Below, in pieces: positions 1-7,361 of a stretch of DNA of 10,149 nucleotides; positions within the stretch are counted from its first letter, which is position 1, and the number at the start of each line of letters is the position of its first letter. The position numbers and the translations under genes were made by a program. The notes beneath the pieces were generated by a model. It searched no databases. It saw only the letters and a list, made by a program, of their open reading frames with translations, and was not told where the DNA came from. The stretch lies in assembly GCA_964619725.1 (NCBI GenBank), contig CAZUFC010000209.1:1-10149 (forward strand). The letters are read 5' to 3'. Source of the DNA: an uncultured bacterium (GTDB lineage: Bacteria > CSSED10-310 > CAZUFC01).

Positions 1-14
1 GGATCAAAAACCCA

Positions 15-69
15 AGTGGCTGTCCAACATTAAATTTTGAATCGAGATTCGAGTTAGTGGACAGACACT
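15..69. repeat. Imperfect inverted repeat / long hairpin (REP- or MITE-like)
   Basis: AGTGGCTGTCCA (15-26) versus the reverse complement of 58-69, AGTGTCTGTCCA (11/12 match), enclosing an inner palindrome GAATC-GA-GATTC (39-50). Confidence 0.55.
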
Positions 70-161
70 ACTAAATTATTCAAATCTAAAAAAATGTAAC
101 CTCGAAACATGGATATCAAATCAGCGCCGGAATTTTTGAAGCGTATAAATTGAATTATATT

Positions 162-203
162 GTCCTATCCGTCCCTTAGGTCCCTTAGGTCCCTTGGTCC
201 CTT
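162..203. repeat. Short tandem repeat, about 9-nt unit GTCCCTTAG
   Basis: Units GTCCTATCC, GTCCCTTAG, GTCCCTTAG, GTCCCTTG, GTCCCTT read directly. Confidence 0.8.
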
Positions 204-258
204 TGCGAATTTTCCTCCCGTTAAAAACTGACTCAAACAAGCCGGACATTTCAGCCGG

Positions 259-2622
259 TCATGACCTCTTCAATCTATTAGTCATATATTTTCCTAAAAG
301 TTTCATGGCCGTATCTGCGCTTCTCAGGGTTACTATATTTTGGGATTCGAGATATTCCACGGCGGGATCGTATATTTTTCCGGCATCGACAACGGCTACG
401 ACGGGTTTGTCGAAATTGCGGGCGATATGGGGCAGCGTTTGCATGATGGAGTGTTCGGCGGTGTAGAGGAGTTCCGGTTTATCGTTTGATGGGGCCGTTG
501 CGGTCATGGGAGAAAAGGGCACCAGGCCGACCAGGAGAGCATGGATATCATTATCCTGAAGCATCGAGCTGACTATTTCGGCGTATACCTTGTCGTCGGC
601 CATAGGTGTGATGTCGAGAGGATTGCGCATGTCTACGATGGCATCAATCTTTAATTTCGAGAAGGCCCTCCTGATGCTGTTTTCCGTCGCCGGTTTAAAG
701 TCAAGCAGATTGAACGCGTAATCTTCGCCTTTAACATTGTCTGCCATGGCCACGCATTCATAACCGGCATTGCTTAAGGCCGCCAGGTTCATTCCTTTAA
801 TTTCCTTTCCGTCAAGATAATCCGCCAATCGCATCAGTCCCCTGAATTCGTCGAAATCTTCGGCGATCAGCGCTCCGGATTCTTTCAACACTGCCTTGCA
901 AACCTTGTAATCCCCGGCAATGGATGCTGTATGTCCTGAAGTGGCTTTTCTGCCTTCAGACGTTCTTCCGGCTTTATAGACGATGACGGTTTTTCCTTTT
1001 TTTACGGCTTGTTCGGTCAACCGGGCGAAACGGTACCCGTCGACTTCCTTGAAACCTTCAACATACAAGGCCAAAATTTTAGCTTGAGGGGTTTCCAGGC
1101 AGAATTCCAGGTAATCGGAAACAGTCACGTCGACTTGATTTCCCGATGATATCGACAATAAAGGATTTAATCCCGAAAGTTTCGTTATCCGGCCCAGCAT
1201 GAATGCGCCGCTTTGAGATACCAGAACGGTTTTGCCTTCGCTTCCCGAAGGCTCAGGCATTTTACTTTTCGGTGAAAAAATGGTGTTGTAATTGCCGATC
1301 AGCGACCTTATACCCATGCAATTGCCGCCGTTGACTACGAATCCTTCCCCCTCTTTTCTGCGCGACCTTCTCACGATTTCCCTGATTTTTTGCTCGATCG
1401 ACTCTCCGCCTGACTTTTCTGCCATTCCTCCCGTTATTAGGACGACAGATTCGGTTTTCTGCATTCGCTCGAATTTTTCCATCAACTCTGGAACCTGAGC
1501 CGCATTGATTGAAACGACCGTCATATCCATTTTTTCCGGTAAATCTTTTATATCAGGCACGCAACGGACTCCGTCGATTTCATCCGAACCGGGTTTCACG
1601 ATATATAACTGTTCTTTGGGATATCCGAATTCAATAATGTTGCGCAGGATAACGCGTCCCATATTCATGCTTCCGGCTGAGACGCCGATTATTCCAATGG
1701 TTTCAGGTTTAAGGAGTTTCGTGATTTTCTGTAAGGGTCTTGAAGGCGGCGTATCCCCTTTAAGGCTGAATCTGCATAAGGCATCGGCGGGTACGAGCCT
1801 GCCTTTTGATATTATGAACGGATTAATTTCGAATTCGTCCAGTTTAAATTCCGCTGCTCCCTCAGGACCGAAATATCGGGCCAAGGACCGATAAGTTTCA
1901 TAAATTTTCATTATCTCATCGTCTTCGATAAGACGGCCCTGCATTCTAACGCGGCCGGTCATTTTTTTTGCAATGATCGTATCAGAGAAAAGCTGCATGA
2001 ACCTGTCGGGAGAGGTAAGGCCGGGGGAGGCTAACACAAAGCCTTTGCCCGGCTTAAAGGCATCGGCCATTAATTCCGTGTCTACTCCGCCCACGTTGGA
2101 AATGACGATAGGGCCGAATTCCCGTGACCAGTTCAGGCCCATAAAAAATTCGCCTCCGAAACCTTCGTGATCAGCGGTTACATAATTGCACACCAGGATG
2201 CCGCATAAGTCCTTCAGAAATTGCTTTTCAATCTGTTTCCCATCCAGATTCCTGTAATTGTCATGTAAAATCTTACCGGCTTCAACTTCACGCCGGAATC
2301 GTACCGGCATCTCTATCAGCATCTCTTTAAAAGCCGCTTCAACCTTTACCGCATCAGCTTCCACGATGCGCACTCCACCAATATCAGATTTATGAATAAC
2401 AGCAGGCGATACGACTTTAAGAACTACTCTGGACGTCCCCAGGCGGTCCACAAAACCCCAGTCAGGCGCTCCCTGCGGAGGAACAAGGTTCCCGAACCTT
2501 CCCTCTATGCCTGCAGCAGCCAGAAATTCATAAACTTCATGCTCGAATAATTCGTAGCGACCTTCCTCCACTGCCTTTTTTAATATTTCATGACATTCGT
2601 TAAAGTCGATTTCGATTTTCAA
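259..2622 (-). CDS. ADP-forming acyl-CoA synthetase (acetate--CoA ligase family, ACD), single-chain beta-alpha fusion
   Basis: 787 aa. N-terminal ATP-grasp region (VVLKVVSPAVIHKSDIGGV with His77, FGPIV, EFEINP, DAL), then CoA-binding domain (PETIGIIGVS, GGNCMG), SQSG, GNQVDV, YVEG, KAGRT, phospho-His motif TSGHTASIAG (His564), SNAGY and NPLDIT. TTG start with AAGGAG 7 nt upstream. Confidence 0.93.
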   Translation of the reverse strand: MKIEIDFNECHEILKKAVEEGRYELFEHEVYEFLAAAGIEGRFGNLVPPQGAPDWGFVDRLGTSRVVLKVVSPAVIHKSDIGGVRIVEADAVKVEAAFKEMLIEMPVRFRREVEAGKILHDNYRNLDGKQIEKQFLKDLCGILVCNYVTADHEGFGGEFFMGLNWSREFGPIVISNVGGVDTELMADAFKPGKGFVLASPGLTSPDRFMQLFSDTIIAKKMTGRVRMQGRLIEDDEIMKIYETYRSLARYFGPEGAAEFKLDEFEINPFIISKGRLVPADALCRFSLKGDTPPSRPLQKITKLLKPETIGIIGVSAGSMNMGRVILRNIIEFGYPKEQLYIVKPGSDEIDGVRCVPDIKDLPEKMDMTVVSINAAQVPELMEKFERMQKTESVVLITGGMAEKSGGESIEQKIREIVRRSRRKEGEGFVVNGGNCMGIRSLIGNYNTIFSPKSKMPEPSGSEGKTVLVSQSGAFMLGRITKLSGLNPLLSISSGNQVDVTVSDYLEFCLETPQAKILALYVEGFKEVDGYRFARLTEQAVKKGKTVIVYKAGRTSEGRKATSGHTASIAGDYKVCKAVLKESGALIAEDFDEFRGLMRLADYLDGKEIKGMNLAALSNAGYECVAMADNVKGEDYAFNLLDFKPATENSIRRAFSKLKIDAIVDMRNPLDITPMADDKVYAEIVSSMLQDNDIHALLVGLVPFSPMTATAPSNDKPELLYTAEHSIMQTLPHIARNFDKPVVAVVDAGKIYDPAVEYLESQNIVTLRSADTAMKLLGKYMTNRLKRS

Positions 2623-3035
2623 TAGTGTCTCCTTTTCAGTTGAAACAGATTAATGAATTTATTATTTGTGAAGAATACATATAACAAATTGACGCTGAAC
2701 ATTTTAAGAGCTCGAACAAAGTCCCGGCAAACCAAACGTCTCTGCGCGACAGCGAAAAAACCGCGTGGGCATTCGGAAAGCTTCAGCGTTTTTCTGAGGC
2801 CGTATGAAGTTATCAGCGCCGAAAAGTACAATTCAGTATTGACGGAAGAAAAGTGAAATAATTTGTGGGCATAATGATGTTCGGGCATTCGGTCGAGAGT
2901 CGGACCATCGTCAGTTAATCTCACTTTTACATACGCTTGACACAATAGACAGATGATTTTCATTTTACACTTTAAATACAAGTATTTATAAAGCTTATTC
3001 GTCTGAACAAAAAATATAAAACTGTGACTTCATAG

Positions 3036-3073
3036 AAAGCCCCCCTATATCCCCCCGCAAGCGGGGGGACTTT
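3036..3073. repeat. C/G-rich palindrome (REP-like, possibly acting as a terminator or mRNA stabiliser)
   Basis: TCCCCCCGC-AA-GCGGGGGGA perfect inverted repeat at 3050-3069, preceded by AAAGCCCCCC, which can pair alternatively with GGGGGG(A)CTTT. Confidence 0.65.
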
Positions 3074-3145
3074 GTCTGTGAGCGCTGTTTGACTGTCTGA
3101 TTTCGGCAGTCCACTATTTTTGATTCCGGGCAGCCTCTGTTGGGA

Positions 3146-3175
3146 ATCGGTGTCGGTATAGGCATCGCAATCGTA
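3146..3175. repeat. Degenerate hexamer tandem repeat (RTCGNN), copy 1
   Basis: ATCGGT GTCGGT ATAGGC ATCGCA ATCGTA; a similar array lies at 9407-9430. Confidence 0.55.
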
Positions 3176-3302
3176 AATCAAATATACAGAATGAAGCCAA
3201 TCGAACTCTTGTGTCACGTGTGTTTAATAGTCAGGTCAGTTAATAGGGGTCAGCCTGTTTGAAATTTTACAGACGAAATTCCATCACGCAGGGCCGGCGA
3301 AT

Positions 3303-4133
3303 TCATGCTGATTCGAGGACTTTCAGAATTTCCGATGAGTGAAAATCCTGAAGCGACGTCAATTTATCGATCAGGTCGCTATTGCCGGGGATAAAGCTTT
3401 CGAGTTCAACGAGAGCTGATATCAAGGGTTCCCGGTTCGGACCGTTCAGGAGTTCAGCCCAGGATTTCTCAATGCCGGGTTCGATATTTTCGGGGGATAT
3501 CCGGGAAGAAAGAGCCAGGGATTTAACTCCGTTGAGACCTGCATCCAGGCACGCTTGAAAGAAATTTCCGATGATTTTTCCATAACTCAAAGCTTTAAAA
3601 TTGGCTTCCACTATTCGCTCGCCTTTTTTTCCGAACAACACCCTGACAGATTCCTGAAGGTCGCTTTCCTGAAAGGGCAACCAGTTGGATGCGGCGCCCA
3701 GCATGACCATATTCTCCGTTTTTTTGCTGCCGGCGAAGCCGGCTAATCTTTTCGCATGTATCAGGACATACTGAGGCAACCTCATTACAGCTTGAAGCGT
3801 ATTCGCTTCGTCAGGGTAATTGGGTATGTTGACGAAAGGGTCGGCGCTTGAAACGACTCGTCCTTCAGGATGGAGGTAATGAGCGTAACGGAGTGATTCC
3901 AGCGGTTCTACGGAAAGAATCATATCCGCTTTTCCGACTGGGATAAGGTCGCTGTGGATGTCAGTGTCGGCTATTCTTAGATGAGATTGAACGGCCCCGC
4001 CTCTTTGAGACATGCCGTGCACTTCAGCCTGCTTGATTTTTAAGTTTTTATTTAATGCTGCAATATCTATGGCGGCGGCGATGGACAATATGCCTTGTCC
4101 GCCGACGCCGGCAAGTATCAGATCGCTTTTCAT
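3303..4133 (-). CDS. iorB: Indolepyruvate ferredoxin oxidoreductase beta subunit with a C-terminal extension
   Basis: 276 aa. Motifs AGVGGQG, EVHGMSQRGGAV.SHLRI, EPLES.R and NMVMLGA. GGAGG ribosome-binding site 9 nt upstream. Directly downstream of iorA. Confidence 0.95.
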   Translation of the reverse strand: MKSDLILAGVGGQGILSIAAAIDIAALNKNLKIKQAEVHGMSQRGGAVQSHLRIADTDIHSDLIPVGKADMILSVEPLESLRYAHYLHPEGRVVSSADPFVNIPNYPDEANTLQAVMRLPQYVLIHAKRLAGFAGSKKTENMVMLGAASNWLPFQESDLQESVRVLFGKKGERIVEANFKALSYGKIIGNFFQACLDAGLNGVKSLALSSRISPENIEPGIEKSWAELLNGPNREPLISALVELESFIPGNSDLIDKLTSLQDFHSSEILKVLESA

Positions 4134-4188
4134 TCGTATTTACCTCCAGGTTTAATTCCGCTTGTCAAAAGTTCCTTTTGCAATTCAA

Positions 4189-5793
4189 TTACCCTTTTTT
4201 ACGAAGGATATGGATGCAGGGACGCTGAGAAATAACAACCGAAAGACCTTCATAATCAAATTCTTCGCGTAGAATTTTCACATTCTGCTCATGATTTTTA
4301 GGCAAAGGTTTAATCGTTCGGATATGTTCAGGGTCAACGCCGATGCCGACTATGAGGTTCTTCAGCCTATCGCCTTCGGCCATGGTCGGCTGGAAACCCG
4401 TCATCGCTACCGTGCCGTTGTCCATAATGACGACGGTCATGGGCGTATTTTCCTGCGCCGCGGCCAGCAGGGGCGTCATGCCGGAATGAGTGAAAGTCGA
4501 ATCCCCGATGGCGCATACGGAAGGATGAATCCCCGCGTAAGCCGCCCCAGATGCCATCGATACGCTGGCGCCCATGTCGACGCATGAGTGAATAGCGGAA
4601 TAGGGCGGGTAATAACCCAGGGTATAGCAGCCGATATCGCTCATGACCCTTGGCTTTTCGCCGGCGCATTCGTATATCTCAAGCGCTTCTTTCATCGCTT
4701 TATAAGTGTCGCGATGAGGGCAGCCCTGGCAGAGCGCGGGAGGACGCCCGACCAGGATATCCTTTTGAATTTCTGCGGCTGTAGGTCTCGGTTCCAGCTT
4801 CAGGGCGGTTCTGATCAGGTCCGGATTCAGTTCGCCTGTGCGAGGTAAATTTCCGGACAATTTGCCGTGCACATTCTTGTCGCATAGTCCGAAAGGTCCG
4901 TTCAAATAGGATTCGATAAAAGGATACCCATCTTCAAAAATCGTGATGTCCGTCGATGCGGAGACGAGTTTGTGCAGCTTTTCGCGCGGCAATGGATAAA
5001 ACTTGATGAATAATGTCGAAGGCGGCTCAGCCAGATCGCTCAGGTTCTCTTTTACGTAATTGACGGCTATACCCGATGCTATAATGCCGGAATTGCTCTT
5101 TTCATTTATTCTTAACTCATTATAAGGGGTTTCGTCAGAATAGGCTTTGAATTGGTCGTATTTTTCTAATAGATCGATGAACGCGGATCTGGCATTGGAA
5201 GGTAAAAGAGTCCAGGTGAATGTGTTCTCATCCCATTTCAACTCGTTCTCATTTCGAGGCTCTTTAGGGACGATCACCGAACGGCTGTGAGCCAGCCGGG
5301 TAACCAAACGAAGCAATACCGGTATTTTATACTTTTCCGACAAGGCGAACGCCTCATAAGTCATGTCGTAAGCCTGCTGATGATCGGAAGGTTCAAAAAT
5401 CGGTATATGAGCGAATTGACCGTAATAACGGGTATCCTGTTCATTTTGCGATGAGTGCATGCCGGGATCGTCGGCCACCGCCACGACAAGTCCGCCGTGA
5501 GCTCCCGTATTAGCCGAATTCATGAACGGGTCCGCAGCCACGTTTAATCCGACATGCTTCATCGATACTATGGCTCTCCTGCCGGCATACGACATTCCCA
5601 TAGCCTCTTCATATGCCGATTTCTCGTTTGTTGACCAGTTCGCATGTATCCCGCCGTTTTTCGTCGCATAAGCCGTGATATACTCGAATATCTCCGTCGC
5701 CGGCGTTCCAGGATATGCAAAAGCGCCGCTTATGCCGGCATGAATCGCCGCCAGTGCAACCGCTTCGTCGCCCAAAAGAATTTGTTTATTCAT
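4189..5793 (-). CDS. iorA: Indolepyruvate ferredoxin oxidoreductase alpha subunit (TPP-dependent), short form without the C-terminal ferredoxin domain
   Basis: 534 aa. Motifs LLGDEA, AYPGTPATEI, NEKSAYE, MKHVGLNVAAD, DDPGMHSSQNEQD, RPPALCQGCPH, DIGCY, TPP motif GDSTFTHSG...DN..AMTG, and terminal RPC. Confidence 0.96.
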   Translation of the reverse strand: MNKQILLGDEAVALAAIHAGISGAFAYPGTPATEIFEYITAYATKNGGIHANWSTNEKSAYEEAMGMSYAGRRAIVSMKHVGLNVAADPFMNSANTGAHGGLVVAVADDPGMHSSQNEQDTRYYGQFAHIPIFEPSDHQQAYDMTYEAFALSEKYKIPVLLRLVTRLAHSRSVIVPKEPRNENELKWDENTFTWTLLPSNARSAFIDLLEKYDQFKAYSDETPYNELRINEKSNSGIIASGIAVNYVKENLSDLAEPPSTLFIKFYPLPREKLHKLVSASTDITIFEDGYPFIESYLNGPFGLCDKNVHGKLSGNLPRTGELNPDLIRTALKLEPRPTAAEIQKDILVGRPPALCQGCPHRDTYKAMKEALEIYECAGEKPRVMSDIGCYTLGYYPPYSAIHSCVDMGASVSMASGAAYAGIHPSVCAIGDSTFTHSGMTPLLAAAQENTPMTVVIMDNGTVAMTGFQPTMAEGDRLKNLIVGIGVDPEHIRTIKPLPKNHEQNVKILREEFDYEGLSVVISQRPCIHILRKKG

Positions 5794-5867
5794 GATCCGT
5801 CACTCTCTCGTTCGTGAATGAAGTTTTTGTTGACGTTTATGAGTTAAACCGATTTAACCCGTAAGGC

Positions 5868-5896
5868 ATTATTCTTCAAAAGACTTCCACTGTCAA
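5868..5896 (-). promoter_or_regulatory. Putative sigma70 promoter for iorAB
   Basis: On the minus strand: TTGACA (5896-5891), 17-nt spacer, AATAAT (5873-5868), about 75 nt upstream of the iorA start. Confidence 0.55.
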
Positions 5897-5984
5897 CCTG
5901 TAATCATATATTATCCCACGACCATTACTGAACAGTGCGGCGGATTTGAAACGTCCTGTAAGTTTGAAAAAAAATCGAAAATTT

Positions 5985-6013
5985 GGAACACTTTATCGTG
6001 TAGGATTGTGTAA
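5985..6013 (+). promoter_or_regulatory. Putative ECF-sigma-dependent (autoregulatory) promoter
   Basis: G-GAACAC (5985-5991), 16-nt spacer, GTGTAA (6008-6013), resembling the RpoE-type GAACTT-N16-GTC pattern, 20 nt upstream of the sigma start. Confidence 0.55.
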
Positions 6014-6033
6014 GCAAATGGGAAGAGAGAGAA

Positions 6034-6654
6034 ATGAACCGGACTGAACTAAGCGACAACCTGTTAATGAAATCTGTTGCCGACGGAGATGCAGGAAGTT
6101 TCGACATCCTGGTTTCCAGGCATCAGAACAGGCTTGTCAATTATCTCTTCAGAATGACCCGAAACAGGGAGACTGCCATGGACCTGGCACAGGAAACATT
6201 CATTAGAGTTTACAAAGCGGCAGACAGGTATGAGCATACGCGAGCCTTCAGTACATGGTTGTATCGAATAGCGACGAACCTGGCGATCAACAACATTAAA
6301 CGAAAGAAAATCGTCCGTTTTATTTCATGGGAAACGATAAAGACAGCGACAGGACTCAAGAAACGACTGTCGCATAAAGACCCTGATCCTGAACAGAAAT
6401 TGCTGATGTCCGAAAGACAGAAACTCGTTTGGGACCTCTTGAATTCAATGCCGGCAAAATATAGAACTCCCTTGATACTCAAGGATATAGAAGGTTTGCC
6501 CTATGCCAGGATATCAGAAATAATGAATTTAAATGAAGGAACCGTCAAATCGCGGCTGAACCGCGGAAGAAAACTGCTGCGTGAGAAGGTCATCCGCAAT
6601 GAACCTGAATGGGCGGAGACCGAACCTGTCGTCGCGATGGAGGAACGTAATTAA
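6034..6654 (+). CDS. ECF RNA polymerase sigma factor (RpoE/SigW-like)
   Basis: 206 aa. Region 2: GDAGSFDILVSRHQ, AMDLAQETFIRVY, FSTWLYRIATN. Region 4: L.DIEGLPYARISEIMNLNEGTVKSRLNRGR. Stop overlaps the next start (TAATG, 6652-6656). Confidence 0.96.
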   Translation: MNRTELSDNLLMKSVADGDAGSFDILVSRHQNRLVNYLFRMTRNRETAMDLAQETFIRVYKAADRYEHTRAFSTWLYRIATNLAINNIKRKKIVRFISWETIKTATGLKKRLSHKDPDPEQKLLMSERQKLVWDLLNSMPAKYRTPLILKDIEGLPYARISEIMNLNEGTVKSRLNRGRKLLREKVIRNEPEWAETEPVVAMEERN

Positions 6655-7349
6655 TGAACTGTAGAGAATGCAAAAGACAAATTAGCGCCTATATAGATAA
6701 AGAATTGACCGACAATGAATCAGCCGTGATGAGCATGCATCTCTCCGAGTGCGATGAATGCGTATCGGAATTCAACTCATTGTCTGAGCTTAAAAATGAA
6801 ATGGCATCATTGAAAGGCGTATTGACTGCAGAATACGATCAGGAGACTTTTCTGAAAAAAGTGAAGGCAGAAACCGTTAATAAAAAGCAAAGGTTGAAGG
6901 CATACTCCCGTTTTACGCCCGTGCCTGCAGGCTTTGCAGCCGCCGTTGTCCTCCTGATAATCGGTTATCTTGTCTTTTCTCCTCATCTTAACGAAGTCAT
7001 GCCGCCGGAGTTTAAACAAGCCCATAATCTGGAAAATCTCAACGGCGCTGCAATGAAAAGCGGAAACGATACAGGCGGCGTTACGGCAGTCTCCGACAGC
7101 GTTTCAGAAAGCGACGTTTTGCATTATGCTGAGAGTATTTCATCAGGAAATATCGGATATTCAAGAGTATCCGTGGTCGAATATAAATTACCGACATATT
7201 TTCCGTTCTCTTACGACGGGCAGGTAAGTGATGCCGTGCCTGTCGAATTGATCGAAGCGGGATTGAATTATTCCAGGCCTGTAATTCATTCTCCGGAATC
7301 TTACAATGCATCTGTAAAAAATGCGGTATATACCCGCGTAGCGCTTTAG
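6654..7349 (+). CDS. Zinc-binding anti-sigma factor (zf-HC2/ZAS), single transmembrane helix
   Basis: 231 aa. MNC...ISAYIDKEL...HLSECDEC (Cys3, His29-x3-Cys33-x2-Cys36), hydrophobic segment AGFAAAVVLLIIGYLVF, then an extracytoplasmic region of about 120 aa. GGAGG upstream and translational coupling to the sigma gene. Confidence 0.93.
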   Translation: MNCRECKRQISAYIDKELTDNESAVMSMHLSECDECVSEFNSLSELKNEMASLKGVLTAEYDQETFLKKVKAETVNKKQRLKAYSRFTPVPAGFAAAVVLLIIGYLVFSPHLNEVMPPEFKQAHNLENLNGAAMKSGNDTGGVTAVSDSVSESDVLHYAESISSGNIGYSRVSVVEYKLPTYFPFSYDGQVSDAVPVELIEAGLNYSRPVIHSPESYNASVKNAVYTRVAL

Positions 7350-7361
7350 GAGGAAAAGAAG

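Noticed and set aside
162-203. CRISPR array
   Set aside because: Units are 8-9 nt with no spacers. No 23-47 nt spaced repeats or cas genes appear in the window.
2724-2803. c-di-GMP-I riboswitch look-alike (GGCAAACC...GGAAAGC...GCCG)
   Set aside because: It lacks the GNRA-capped P2, the GACGCAAAGC core and the tetraloop receptor, and it faces the 3' end of iorB with no downstream plus-strand gene.
2937-2965. Plus-strand TTGACA promoter in the iorB-ACD spacer
   Set aside because: No credible -10 element at 16-18 nt spacing and no plus-strand gene downstream.
2619-3217. ORFs 2619-2981 (-), 2653-2856 (+) and 2972-3217 (-)
   Set aside because: No clear RBS or recognisable domain, and they run through palindromes and hexamer repeats. 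MPEHH is too weak to call a HUH transposase remnant.
6592-6654. Regulatory C-terminal extension on the ECF sigma
   Set aside because: Only about 20 residues follow region 4, too short for a SnoaL- or TPR-type extension, and a separate anti-sigma factor is present.
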